A DNA stretch of 64,000 nucleotides. Source: Octopus vulgaris. Taxonomy: Eukaryota. Below the pieces are notes generated by a model, which did no database searches, had not been told where the DNA came from, and saw nothing but the letters and a program-made list of their open reading frames with translations. This document shows positions 25,131 to 38,734 of this stretch, one piece after another; position 1 is the first letter of the stretch; each line of letters begins with the position of its first letter. The stretch is taken from the NCBI GenBank assembly GCA_951406725.2, contig OX597823.1, positions 68,944,001 to 69,008,000 on the forward strand, in the 5' to 3' direction. The position numbers and the translations under genes were made by a program.

Positions 25131-26415
25131 AAACATAGTACCAAGCCAAGTAAAGATTTGTGAGTAGATCTAGTGGATAGAAACTGAAAGAATCCCATCA
25201 TATAAGTGTAAGTGTATGCATGTGTGTATTTGTATGTATGTGTATATGTGTGCTTGTGCATGTGTGTTACTGTCTCCTTGTCTTGGTTTCCCATGATAGT
25301 TGTAAATGAATATCACTATAAGGCAGGTGGTAGCCTTTGTTTCCAGTCTTCATGAAAACAAGTCTGGTTGTGAAGAAATATTACTTGGAAACAGGTGAGG
25401 GATGGTGACAGTAAGGACATCCAGCTATAGAAAAATCTGACTCAACAAATTCCGTTCAACCCTTGTAAGAATGGAAAAGCGGGCATTAACAGTGAGACTA
25501 ATTATGACGCACAAATTCAAGCATATTTGTATGCTTTTGCTTGTTACAGTCATTTTTTACTGTGGCCACGCTGGAGCACTGCCTTAAAGGCTTTTTTGAG
25601 TTGAAGAAGTCAACCTCAGGACTTATTCTTTGTAAGCTTAGTAATTATTCTATTGACCTCTTTTGCTGAACTGCTAGGTTACACGGATGTAAACACACCA
25701 ACATCGGTTGTCTATTGATGGCCGGGGGAAAAACACAGACACAAAAACACATACATAAATATATATACATATGTATGTATATACATACATACAATGGGCT
25801 TCTTTCAGTTTCTGTCTACCAATTCCACTCACAAGGCTTTGGTCAGCCTGAAGCTATAGTAGAAGACACTTACCAAAGGTGTCAAATGGTGGGACTGAAC
25901 CCAGAACCAGGTGGGCGTGAAGCAAGCTTCTTTCCACATAGCCATGCTAGCGTATGTATATGGTTTATTTGCATTGGTGCTTCAGCATGGCCACAGTCAA
26001 ATGACTAAAACAAATAAAAGTATATATTAATTTTTTTTTAATCAGCTAAAGTCATGCAAGCTAAATTTGAACTTAGGATCTAGAGTAAAGGAACCAATGT
26101 TGGGATAAGCCTTATGGGTCTAGGGATCCAATTCTGATCTATGTATGGTATGGCTTGCTGTCAATAAATAAATTCATACCATAAGGCCCAACACAGTGAT
26201 TTGCTTGGGGCTCTATAGTGCTCTGTCTACGACCAAAGTGATTACCTTGATAATACTATGTCACTTTATATGTGATGTCAACCATTCTCAGAACTGACCA
26301 CATCCCACATCATATTTCTTTCTTTGACTCCAAGAACCAGAAGTATATCCTTTCAGTGCACAGTTTTTTGCCATGTGAAAGTGTGCCATTCAGATACATA
26401 CACACCCACTATATT

Positions 26416-26682
26416 CATCATCATCATCATCATCATCATCATCGTTTAACATCCGTTCTCCATGCTAGCATGGGTTCGACGGTTCGACCAGGGATCTGGG
26501 AATCCAGAAGGCTGCACCAGGCTCCAGTCTGATTTGGCAGTGTTTCTACGGCTGGATGCCCTTCCTAACGCCAACCACTCTGTGAGTGTAGGGGGTGCTT
26601 TTTACGCGCCACCAGCACAGGTGCCAGGGGAGGCTGGCAACGGCCACGATCGGATTGGTGCATTTTACATGCCACCGGCACG
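26416..26682 (-). mobile_element. RTE 3' UTR fragment
   Basis: (CAT)n-CGTTTAAC..GCTGGATGCCCTTCCTAACGCCAACCACT. Similar fragments at 16185-16450, 42228-42575 and 49720-49870 (-), and 49196-49345 (+). Confidence 0.8.
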
Positions 26683-26719
26683 GAATAATTGTAGTAATTG
26701 GCCAAAAGATAGTTTCTAA

Positions 26720-26900
26720 TTAGTCACTTACCCAGCAAGAAATAACAGTAAAATTTTCTTCATATCACACCATACTGTCTTTAAAATATGGTACCACATA
26801 TTAGATAAAGTATCTATAATATAAGATGTGGTGGTCAACATCTGGAATGCCTTTCATCTTAGGTCTACTTGATCAGAGCTGAGCTATTGTTAAACGACCA
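26720..26900 (+). mobile_element. Old interspersed repeat family with (CAA)n-type tail
   Basis: Shared motif CTGGAATGCCTTT.ATC..AGGTCT.CT.GATCAG.GCTGACCTGGGGCTAAACAAC, also at ~30780-30935, 33400-33660, 47800-47990 and 55420-55520 (+), and 14110-14200, 32385-32560 and 51780-51980 (-). Confidence 0.55.
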
Positions 26901-27230
26901 CCTACATTAATGTAAACATCAATCTTGCATGAAATGGTGAATGGCTTTCGTGTCCAGCTGTATTCTCATCTCACTTCTGCTTTCTCTTTCTGTCATGTAA
27001 GATTAATGTTGAATATTACTTTCAATAGATTACACTTAAATCATTTCTTTCTCTGGAACCTGCGAATTTTGTGCCCAGCCTTAATTCCATGTGATCTCCT
27101 GTTCTTTATACATACCTCATATAAACCGTCTTTTGTATGGAGTCAAAAAATATAAATTTTTTTGCTCATTTACTACTTGCATTCTTATGTAATTTCTCTT
27201 CTGAAGAAGTCTGTTAACTTACACACTCAC

Positions 27231-27353
27231 CAAAAGTATGTTCGGTATCAATTTTCCTTTTGCACATTTACTATTTACATTTAGCCATGATAACACTGAT
27301 TCAGCATATTTTCTTCTGGTGGGGTAGGAGTACATTGCTTGCTGTAAGAGATT
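27231..27353 (-). CDS. Internal exon, unknown protein (NLLQQAMYSYPTRRKYAESVLSWLNVNSKCAKGKLIPNILL)
   Basis: Acceptor TAATTTTCAG, donor TTG|GTGAGT, 123 nt, open in phase 0 to 0, in frame with the 29038-29066 exon. Confidence 0.75.
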
Positions 27354-28309
27354 CTGAAAATTATATCTGTTAAATTTACCAGGAAATTTTCAACAATATA
27401 TTATGAAAAAAAATCAATAAATGGAAAGATAGCGTGGACCAACAAAGAAAATAAATTTGTTGTAATAGCCATATAAATATGACAGTGGTAGGAATTGATG
27501 CATATGTATTGGTATGAAGCCAGGTAGACTTGTATGATGAATGTACTTAGTAGATAAGGTGACAACCTACTAGCTGAAGTGCTGATGGTGTGTATTCTAC
27601 CACAAGCAACTGTTGTATGGTAGCCTTGTGGTCAATACTCTCATCACACATTACAACAATTTGTCTAGCTATGAACTGGATAGTAGAATTTGAATAGGAT
27701 TGTATCAAGAACAGAAGTTATAAATACAATCAGAATACAATACAGAAGTGAAAATTTCTTATAGGTACAGGCATGACTGTGTAGGAAGACATTTGATTGT
27801 TTGACTCCCAGTCACATGGTTCTGGGTTCAGTTCCACTGTGTGGAATCTTGGGGGAGTGTCTTTTAGCCCTTGACCATCCAAAGTGTTGTGAGTGTACTA
27901 GGCTGGCAGAAACTGAAGGAAGCCCGTGTGTATATATAGGGTAAAGACTTCCTTCAGTCACGACTGACCATGAGATTGCACCTAGAAAGTTCCCTTCCAA
28001 AGCACAAGTCTGAGCAAGGTTGTTTATGGCTGACCAGCGGTCACCCATGCATACCAGCTTCCCCACTCCATGCAATCAAAGTTATCCAAGGGAAAGGCAA
28101 AGGCCAATACAGCTTGACACCAGTGACATTGCAACTCATTTCTACAAATGAAACAACGTGAAATTAAGTGTCTTGTTCATGAACACAACACAGTATGGGA
28201 CAGGAATTGAATTCACTACCTCATGATTGTGATCCTGACACTTTAACCACTGAACCATATATATATATATATATATATATATATTCTTTCCTTGTTTCTT
28301 TCTGTGTTC

Positions 28310-28345
28310 CTTTCTGTGAAAGAGTGTAGGCTTGAAACGTTAAAG
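28310..28345 (+). ncRNA. Minimal hammerhead-like motif (variant or decayed core)
   Basis: CTTT-CTGTGAA-AGAG-TGTAGG-CTT-GAAA-CG-TT-AAAG with palindromic AACGTT. A related decayed copy lies at 53655-53690 (-). Confidence 0.5.
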
Positions 28346-29037
28346 ACTATGAGAAGGATAGTAAAGGGTCATCAAACTGGCATAAAGTAACTCACAGACA
28401 TGTCCCACCCTCTGACCCATAGGAGTACTAGCTCCTTGCTCTGCTTTTCTACTATACTATAACTTTCTCTTCTTGGAGCTTACTAGGCTCATGCTAACTC
28501 CATTCAGATATTCCCAATGCACTAACTTTCCTCCTCCTCTCATAATGCTTCTTATGTCTAACCCCACCCCAGGTCCAGTACTAACTGCTGTTCCCAGTCC
28601 TTCCTTCTCAGATCATTGGCCCCCTCCAGAACTTCTTTCTTACTCATGTCATAGACTGCCTAGGATGTCTATGTATGCAAATGCAGCAATAGGCACTCCA
28701 TTGGTTATGACAATGAAGGTTCCAGTTGATCCAATCAATGGAACAGCCTGCTCATGAAGTTAGCATTCAAGTGGCTGAATACTCCACAGACACATGCCCC
28801 CATTAATGTAGTTCTTGGGGAGATCCAGCATAACACAGGCTGGCCCTTTGATATATATGTACTACTCATTTTTGCCATCTTAGTGGACTGGAGCAATTTG
28901 AAATAAAGTGTCTCCTCAGTGACACAATGTGTCACCAGGAATTGAACCCACAACCTTATGATTGCAAGCCATGTACTCTAAGCACTAAGCCACACAGCAA
29001 TAGGAGTCACAACAAAATTAATGTTTATGTAACTCAC

Positions 29038-29066
29038 CTGGAATATTGGATTCAGCTTCTTATGGT
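29038..29066 (-). CDS. 29-nt micro-exon (xHKKLNPIFQ)
   Basis: Strong acceptor TCTTTCTTTCTGCAG and consensus donor CAG|GTGAGT, phase 1 to 0. Confidence 0.75.
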
Positions 29067-29353
29067 CTGCAGAAAGAAAGATTTGTAGGTTTTCCTGTAA
29101 TAGTGGCTATCACAAATCTAATCATTATAGATGTGTGTATATATGTACTTATATTCAGACAAATGAAAGAAAATGAAATTAACGATATTCTTTACTCAAA
29201 ACCACTACAATTGTTTCAATGCATTTTCACACCTGTAGTACTGTGGCTGAGGTTTGCACAGCATTCTACAAAGTTTTACCTGGATCTTAACTATGTATGT
29301 TGGTCAGTGGTATATATACTGTAGAAAACATTTTAATAAAAATAAACGAATAC

Positions 29354-29525
29354 AGGTGTAGGAGTGGCTGTGTAGTAAGTAGCTTGTTTACGAACCACAT
29401 GATTCCGGGTTCAGTCCCACTGTGTGTCACATTGGGCAAGTGTCTTCTACTATAGCCTCAGGCCAACCAAAGCCTTGTGAGTGGATTTGGTAGACAGAAA
29501 CTGAAAGAAGCCCATCGTATATATG

Positions 29526-29564
<39 letters not shown>

Positions 29565-29769
29565 TTGTGTGTCTGTGTTTGTCCCCCTAACATCGCTTGA
29601 CAACTGATGCTGGTGTGTTTACGTCCCTGTAACTTAGCAGTTTGGAAAAAGAGACCGATAGAATAAGTATTAGACTTACAAAGAATAAGTCCTGGGGTCG
29701 ATTTGCTCAACTAAAAGCAGTGCTCCAGCATGGCCACAGTCAAATCACTGAAACAAGTAAAAGAGTAAA
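29354..29769 (+). mobile_element. Family-1 tRNA-derived CORE-like SINE, full length, with internal (TA)(TG)n tract
   Basis: Head GGAGTGGCTGTGTAGTAAG..GGTTCAGTCCC, CORE-like TTGGGCAAGTGTCTT, tail CTGAAACAAGTAAAAGAG. Closely similar to 59513-59927. Confidence 0.85.
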
Positions 29770-30320
29770 TCTCCGCTCTCCTCGTTATCAATTGTGGGTG
29801 TGTGTATGTTTGTGTTTGTTTGTGTGTGTGCATGTGTGTGTGTATGAATGTGTGCATGCATGTGTGTGTGTGTGTGGTGGGGTATTTATTAATATATGCA
29901 TGCAGGAACAGTGGGAATCCCTTATAGCTGATTAAGGTATTTAATTTTTGTTTGCTACATAATTTTGATGTTGAACAGACACATAGATAACAGACTGGTC
30001 AAATACCGTTGCCTAAGTTATTTTGACAACAAAACAAACTGAAGCAATACAAGACATTCTGCTCTCAAACACAAAACACTAACAACAGACATATGCAATT
30101 ATTTTGCTAAATAAATTTGATCACATATATTTTTCAGATGCAGAACATAACTAGTTTTGCTGGATTCCAACTTTCTTTTCTTTTTTAGATATTCGTTAAT
30201 GCCCCTGTTTGCTGTGAATAATCAGATTCTTTTGAACTGTCAATTTAGAGAAAAACTACTGAATTTGTCTGCACAGTTATTTACTAATCAGCTTCTTATC
30301 TATAAGTATCAACCACGTAC

Positions 30321-30355
30321 AAAGTGCTTCTTTGTTTCTTTTCTGTTTTTTTCCT
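30321..30355 (-). CDS. Candidate 35-nt exon (GKKQKRNKEAL)
   Basis: Acceptor TTTGTATTGCTTAG, donor TTT|GTACGT. Phase 2 to 1 would bridge the 32582-32720 and 29038-29066 exons. Confidence 0.3.
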
Positions 30356-32581
30356 CTAAGCAATACAAACTATACATTACCAAAGTAAAAGACCATTCAA
30401 ATGTGTAAAAAATAGTTTGCCATTGCAGTAAGATCCAGCCCTTATATTTTCTACCAACCCTTTTATTACCATATTTCTGTTGAAACATTGTTTTATTTCA
30501 GTTAAATTTGAAAATAATGAAGAGTCTAGAAAAATAAATTTTGTCTGCATTTTGTCTGAAATTGTGATGAGATGAAAAGATTTAACTTAAATCATTTTTG
30601 AACTGGAACTTTGCATCATACAAAACCAGGGTTAATCTCAGGTGTTTTGATATCAAAGGGTTAAATAACATTCCATCATTCACATATATGTCACACCCAA
30701 AAACTTTACTACATAACGAGCCAATAAGAAGGCTTCTATGGATGGTTGCTTGGCAAAAAGTAAGAGTTGTTTCTCTCAAAACTCCTTTCTATTGTCTTAG
30801 AAAAATAAGAACACAATAGCTAATGTAATATAAGATTTATAATATGTGAAAGAAATATGAAAGTGAAAAACAGAATTGAACATCTTTTAACAAAGGTCTG
30901 TTTAATCAAAACTGACCCGGGGCTAAAATAATACTAATACTTACAAAACCATTGTGACCACACGATTCTTTAAATACAATCCTAGTAAACACAAACAAGC
31001 ACACCAAGGTTCTTTTCTACTCTCGACACAAGGCTCAAAATTTTGGGGGAGGGGGTCAGTCGATTAGATCGACTTCAGTATGCAAATGGTACTTAATTTA
31101 TCGAGCCCGAAAGGATGAAAGGCAAAGACGACTTTGGTGGAATTCAAACTCAGAACATAAAGACAGATGAAATACCACTAAGTATGTCACCTGGCATGCT
31201 AACATTTCTGCCAGCTCATGACCTTATCAAGCACATTAAGGTTACGGACCTAAATACTATGCTGTTGACCTCATCATGTAAAATACATTGCTGATGAATA
31301 CACTCTGATCAAGAATATCTTGCCACCTTCTGTTGTAGCCACTAACAAAACCTATTGATATTTTAGAACAGGCAGGATAAGGGGAACACAACATCCTCAG
31401 ACATCAGGATCACAAAATGACCTGAGGGTGTACATATTTCACATGATAAGCCCACGTATACAAGTCAACAAGAAAGCTGTGATGTGGTTGCTCAAAGTGG
31501 TAAAAGAAGCAGAAAATTCTCCCTCAGATCATAGTCTATCATCTTCACAAAGAGAAAAGTCATGTTAAAGTAATCCTTGATATGCAATGTCTGTCTTCAG
31601 ATATGGCTGGAATATCATTGACTCAGAGCCAACTTTATCTGTCTTTTTATCTATTTCTCTATCTGTCTGTCTGTCCTAGTGTTGATTTGTCTATCTCTCT
31701 CTATCTGTCTATTTATCTGTCTATTTATGAATCTATCTATCTATTTGTCTGTCTGTCAGTCTATCTATCTACTTGACTATCTGTCAATTCATCTACATAT
31801 CTATCCACCCATATCCACCCACCTAATGTGATTCAGAGGATCCCATTGGGTAAAGTAGTCCTAGATGCACAATGTCTGGTGAGGATCAGAGTCAGAATAT
31901 CTTTTGTTCTGACCAAATTCATCAATTGAACTGTTTGACTCTGTCTCCCAGTCTGCCTAGCTGTCTACCTCTGTGTATGTCTTATGTGTGCATGTATGTT
32001 TTAGTACAACTCACTCTATGAAAGCTGCATGTTTGAGTGGTGTTGCTGTTGTCAGTTTGATAGTCAATAAATCATCCACTTGCTTCACACCATCAAAGAA
32101 GCAACACGGAATGAGATTTCTGTTATGTTGTACAGGAAAGGCATCTTGCTGTAAAGCAATGCCTTAATAACATATTGGTCTAAATCATGGAAGCATGGGA
32201 AACATATAAAACTAGTAAACAAATAAATTAATACCACACGCACACGCATGCACACGTACATGCGCACACACACACATACACACACACACACATACACTCT
32301 TACTCACTCAAAAGGCTGACAAAGGTTAAACAACTACACCATATACTTATTCACAGAAGGTCTATATCCATGGTTATTGCTATTGTTTAGAGCCTGTTCA
32401 AACCTGATTGAGCAGATATTTGATCAAAAGCATTCCAGTCAAGACCAATGCATTTATTTAGTTTTTTCCCCAAAGTCAATAGGATATTATATGATGGCAA
32501 TTTGACTGCTATTTGAAACAGATTGGGTGACCACATAGATGTTCCTCCTCGTTGGTTAATCTTGCATGTAGCTTCATAAAC

Positions 32582-32720
32582 CTGCTTCTCCACATTAGCT
32601 TCAATATTGATATTAATGTATTTAATATATATTCTTTTATACAAAGCATGGAAAGAATGGAGAGATGACAGTCTGTTTTTGTTATCCATTTACTGGACAA
32701 TACACTTTTCGATATTTTCA
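32582..32720 (-). CDS. Candidate exon (KISKSVLSSKWITKTDCHLSILSMLCIKEYILNTLISILKLMWRS)
   Basis: Acceptor ATTATATTATAG, donor CAG|GTTTAT, 139 nt open, phase 1 to 2. Confidence 0.35.
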
Positions 32721-32957
32721 CTATAATATAATATAATGTAATATTCTTTTCAAAGCCATTCATATTTATTTAACATCAGATAAATCTTTCATATTCCACT
32801 AGTGTATCATTAATTACAAATTATTATTACTCTGTAGCTAATGTGGTCACTTACTGACCAATCTTTACATTTCCGTTATGAAAGTCACGATTGATAACTC
32901 AGCTTTACTTTTGACCTTCTTGTTTTGACAATACTTTAACTGGAACCAATAATGATG

Positions 32958-32991
<34 letters not shown>

Positions 32992-33718
32992 TAATAATAA
33001 TAACAACAACAGGAACAATGATAATGATAATAATAATGATGATGATAACAACAATAATAGTATAAATAAAAATGATAATAATAAACAAATGAGACAAAAC
33101 AAAACAAGCAAAAACAGCAAAGAATGCTTTAGCAGTAAATTTTAAACACAAAATCGAATTCGTACAGCTTCTAACATCTAATACAGTTTGCATAATCACA
33201 AACGAGCAACTTAATATAATCTTTATTGGCCACAATGTTACCGCTTCTTTACTATTGATCATGAAGAAACATCAATAATGGTAATCAAATTATAGAAAAA
33301 ATATAAGGAAACAAAAGCAAAACTTCTTTGGCACAGGGACGCAAATTGTTTTGCGGCAGAAGATGGTAAGTCAATGAAATTGCTCACAATATGTAAATAC
33401 TTTCCTCCAATGAGAGAACCTCTATGGGGTTAATTGGTTGCCCTGCCAGAAAGGGCAGTCAAATGTCTCTCAGACAATTGTTATACCATTCTAAAAAAAA
33501 AATAGAAATGCATTGGAAGATTGTGTAGTCCAAATTACATTATACTTGAGAAAAGAAATAAATGAATAAAAATTAGTATGATCATGGGTGGATTAATTTT
33601 GACCACAGGTTTGGTTGATCAAGGTTGACCTAGGGTTAGAAAAACCAATAACAAGCAATAGCAACTTCTCTATTTTATCAATCAAGAATGAAATATAAAG
33701 TTAAAACTGGTCAACCTT

Positions 33719-33940
33719 TTAACATTTAAATTGGCCATATCCAGCCAAAATACTGAGCCCTGTTTTTTTACTTCAAACTAGCTTGACCCAACCTCTCACC
33801 TTTCGCCTACAATATTATTCTGAAAATAAACAATCATGTTATTGAAATCTCAAAGCTACATAGTAATGCATGACAAATTCAAAGCAATGTGAAAAAATAA
33901 ATATTTCATTCAACAGAGAAAACTGAATACTAAAGGGTTA
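33719..33940. mobile_element. Possible TTAA-targeting (piggyBac-like) non-autonomous element
   Basis: TTAACATTTA...TAAAGGGTTAA termini. A similar AAAGGGTTAA end occurs at ~30655-30664. Confidence 0.35.
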
Positions 33941-35406
33941 AATATGAGATTAGACCATAAAGCTGGAACTAAACACCACCTGGCATTCAGTGTTTGTGTT
34001 CCACTGCTTCTGTTACAGTGTTGTTCCTTATCCTTATTAGTCTTTTATGGCCTGGCTATGTTAGGGCACAATCCAGAGATATATAGCAAGAGGGGGCAAG
34101 GTGAGAAGTTCCCCCTCAGGTACAGGTTGTACTTTCTATATCTTTTATTTGTCTCACTCACTGGACTGCTACCATGCTACAGCATCGCCTTGAAGGATTT
34201 TAGTCAAGCAAATCGACCCCAGGACTTATTTATTTTTAAGGCTGATGCTTATTCTATTAGTCTCTTTTGTCAAACCACTAAGTTATGAAGACATAAACAA
34301 GACAATATCTGTTGCCAAGCAGTGATGGGAAAGCACAAACTCAAACATACATGAAGGGCTTCTAGTTTCTATCTGCCAAATCCACTCATAAGGTTTTGGT
34401 CAGCCTGGGGCTATAGTAGAAGACATTTGCTCAAGGTGCTACACAGTGAGACTGAACCTAGCACCATGTGGTTAGGAAGCAAACTTATTACCACACAGTC
34501 ATGCAATATTAATTCTAGCTGCCCATACTTATTGATTGTTAATTAAGGTAGCTGTACCAAAAGTATCTTTTATTCTTAGCATAGAGAACTTTTTCTATGC
34601 CACTGGCACCATTTATTGAATCCATTACTATGTCTAGCAATTAATTTATAAATTTTTTACAAAGTGTAAAATTTGTTTAAATATTTCAATAATTTTTCCT
34701 AAACTAAAATCACTGCAGTTTTATTTTCAATAGAATATTCTGGATTAAGAATTTGGCTGAAAGAAATTCCTAACTAAAAATGAAAATTAAAAATGAAAAG
34801 GAAGGAAAATGTTTTCATTTTACTGCAAGGAATGCAGACAGTGTAATTGTGAAACTGTGTATTTATCAATGGCTTGTTTATGTATGTATAGGTGGAGGGA
34901 TGGAGGGATGGCAGGTAAGTATGCATAATTGTAAATATGCGTGTTTGTATGTTTGCTTCTGTGTGTGTGTGTGTGTGCGTGTGTGTATAGAAATAAGGGT
35001 GAAAAGTACTGAATACAAGTAATAAAGTCTATTCATATTTCGAGCATACCATGCTATTCACAACACACGTTTTCATACTCATATACATTTTATATATATT
35101 TATATTTATATGGCATGTATGTAAGGGCACGAGTAAATAAATACTCCTATAATTATATATATAAATACATATATACACACGCACACAAAAGCAGTGTTCC
35201 GGCATGGCCACAATCAAATGAATGAAACAAGTAAAAGAATACACGCATAATACTCATAGACATATATCTATATACATATATATATATGTATGTATACATA
35301 TATGTGTGTGTATACACACACACACACACACATAACTCATGCCAGCATGAAAAGTAAACATTGATGATGATCGTGGTTATAATGTTGTTGATGATACATA
35401 TATATG

Positions 35407-35442
<36 letters not shown>

Positions 35443-35645
35443 CATATATACAATCAGCAGTCTTGCTGTAGAATCTCTTTGCTTCTCATTAGTTTACTTA
35501 GAAAGGAATAGATATACCCACATGTATAAGTTAGTTTAATATAGCATGAACTATGGCATGTAAAGCAGTCATCATCTATAACCTTTAAGCAGTACAAAGA
35601 CTTGTGTCCAATGGCAAAGTAGACCACAAACTGATTCCTAGTTAC

Positions 35646-35690
35646 CTTCTTCAGACCTGTATGAGTATCTGAAATCTGTACAGCTGGTTG
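35646..35690 (-). CDS. Candidate 45-nt symmetric exon (TSCTDFRYSYRSEE in phase 1)
   Basis: Acceptor AAATTCTTCAG, donor AAG|GTAACT, frame-preserving. Confidence 0.45.
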
Positions 35691-35820
35691 CTGAAGAATT
35701 TCTTTATTATAACAATATTCTTATTTATAGTGATGTGCTGCTTTTATGTTTTTCTATATATTTTACTTTATATTATGTATTGTTTGTGAACAATAGTAAC
35801 ATTGCCATATAATAATAAAA

Positions 35821-36174
35821 CTATGCTGGATCATAGATAGCATGCCCAGCTGACAAAGTATGCCATAAGGAAGAAAGAAAAGTCAATAGATATGATAGGT
35901 TAGCTTGGGCGGTTAAGTAGTTGTGGTCGATGAAAAAGGTGGTAGTAGTACCAATAATTGTTGGAGCCCCGAGTACAGTGAGTAAAAATCTTGAGAAGTA
36001 CATGGAACAAATAAGGGCTGCAATAAGGGTGGAGCACATGCAGAAAACAGCACTGCTTGGAACCACTCAAATAATCCGGAAGGTGCTCAAAAAATAAGGG
36101 GTGTTACCTTAGTTCACTGGTAATGAACAACTGACATCATAGTACATCTCCAGCGTTAGAAGCTGTGCAAAGGC

Positions 36175-36175
<1 letters not shown>
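35821..36175 (+). mobile_element. R4/Dong-like family C, 3' fragment ending in (TAA)n
   Basis: IDIACPAD..KEERKVNRYDRL..VVVPIIVGA..MQKTALLGT, followed by (TAA)n. Confidence 0.75.
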
Positions 36176-36261
<86 letters not shown>

Positions 36262-36264
<3 letters not shown>

Positions 36265-38412
36265 CAAACCTAGCACCAGAACAACTCTGGATCCCAATAA
36301 CATAAACAACAAACTCAGCACTAGAACAACTCAGGACACCTATAACAACTGAAAAGGTCACCCAGGCACTGCAAAATCTAAGCAACTGGAAGGCACCCTG
36401 GTACGATAAGATCAACTTCTGGTTAAAATATCTGACAGGAACACAAAAAGCTGGCTGAGAAATTTAATGACACACTAGCAGACCCAGAGACAATGCCTGA
36501 ATGGCTCATGGAAGGGAAAACTATCCTAATTCCCAAATCCACTGAAACAATAGACCCACAAAATTACAGACCAATAACTTATCTCCCTACAATTTACAAA
36601 GTCTTTACTGCAATAATATCATAGAGAATGAGCAAGTATCTGGTAGAAAACAACCTATTTCCAGTAGAGTAGAAGAGATGCTGTAAAGATCAACTAATGA
36701 TCAATAAAGCCATAGCTGAAGACAGCTGCAGGAAGAAGAAGGATTTAAGTATGGCCTGGATTGATTACCGAAAGGCTTTTGATAGTATTCCCCACACATG
36801 GATCCTAGAAACACTAGCCATGAACAAGGTTGCACCAATACTCATAAAATATATAACACATTCCATGAATAAATGGCAGACAGTGCTACAGCTCCAGACA
36901 AGAGAGGGGTTCATAAGAATCAAAGCCATCCCCATTAGAAGAGGAATATTCCAGGGAGACATGCTCCCTCCACTCCTTTTCTGTTTGGCACTGACACGTT
37001 TATCTGACATGCTATACAGAACTGGATGTGGATACAACTATTATGGCAAAACAATCAGCCAACTCTTATATATGGATGACTTGAAACTGTATGCTACAAA
37101 TGATAAACACTTGGAAACATTACTATAGACAGTACATGGATTTACCAAGGAAATAAACATGAAATTTGGCTTAGAAAAATATGCCAAAGCAATCTTGAAA
37201 AGAGAAAAACTAGTTAAGAGTAGCAACATCACACTAGATAAAGCAAATGAAATAAGAGAATTAAACCAAAGCTAGACATACAAATACTTAGGAATCAATG
37301 AACTAGATACGATAAGCCACACACAAATGAAAGAGAAAATAGAAAGAAAAGAATACTATAGATGAGTTAGATTAATACCAAAAACAGCACTCAATACATA
37401 AAACAAGATAATACATATCAACAGTTATCAAGATAGGTATCAACAAGTACAAACAAACAATCATACTACCTAACAAATATGAAGAAGAAACAACAAAAGC
37501 TATAAAATAATTGAAAACCTAACTAAAACTAGAACAGAAATGGTCCATGATAAGACGATGGCAAATACTGGGCTAAACTAAATGCAAAAGAAATAGAGAA
37601 AATCCCAGCAATGGTTGAGAAGCTCAGGACTCTAAGCAGAGACTGAAAGATTTTTAATTGCAGCACAAGACCAAAGTCTCCCCACCAGAAATTACCAAAA
37701 ATATATAATGAAAAGAAACATAACAAGTAACTGCAGAATATGTAAAGATGGACAAGAAACAATAAATCATATTATCTCTGGCTGCCCAGTCCTGGCTAAG
37801 AAGGAATATATTCACGGACACGACAGAGTTGGGGCCTACATACACTGGGAGCTATGCCAACACTATGGAATAACAAAGAAAAAAGATGGTATTGGCACAG
37901 GCCAGAAAAGGTCACAGAAAATGAGAAAGCAACCATACTCTGGGATATGCTAATACACACAGATAAAGAAATTAAGGCCAATAGGCCAGATATAGTTGTC
38001 AGAGATCATGAAGAAAAATAATGTTTTCTGATGGATGTATCAATACCAGCAGATGACAACGTTTCTCTAAAAGAAATGGAAAAACTTTCAAAATACAAAG
38101 ACTTGGAAATAGTGGTAACTCGAATGTGGAATCTAAAAACAGAAACAATTCCTATCATAGTAGGTGCATTAGGTATGATAAAAAAATATTCAGACAAATA
38201 CATAACAAAAACACCAGGACTTACAAATATATATAACATACAGAAAATGGCACTACTGGGCACTGCACACATCCTACGCAAAACACTTTCAATACAGTAA
38301 CCATAAGAGCATCACAGCAAACCACGGCACATACCCACGGCACATACCCAAGGCACACAGAGCTGCACTCGGTAATGAAGTGAAAGCACGCTATAAAAAT
38401 AAAACTACTGAA
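36262..38412 (+). mobile_element. R4/Dong-like family B with RT domain, decayed, in (TAA)n
   Basis: NYRPITYLP, WIDYRKAFDSIPH, RRGIFQGD, LLYMDDLKLYA, CCHC knuckle and RLE. The 3' UTR matches the 18221-19588 copy. Confidence 0.92.
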
Positions 38413-38420
38413 TAATAATG

Positions 38421-38512
<92 letters not shown>

Positions 38513-38730
38513 GCCCTGATGCAGTACCAGGCAGTGGCTCTCATGGCTTCTGATCTTAACTGATTGGAAGTGTTATCATGTACATTGTTTTGTCTTGGTA
38601 TAATTGATGGGCTACAGAAAATATTCTGCTCAATACTACAGATTTGCTTGTCAGTTGTTTGACCTTAACCAGTTGAGCATGTCCCATAGTGGCTGACGAT
38701 ATGTGCATCTCTGATCACGAGCAGAAGTAA
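38513..38730 (-). mobile_element. Repeat 3' end with (TAA)n tail, tail-to-tail with the Dong-like copy
   Basis: (TAA)n switches to (TTA)n at ~38467, followed by a higher-GC segment. No coding motif seen. Confidence 0.45.
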
Positions 38731-38734
38731 CTCT

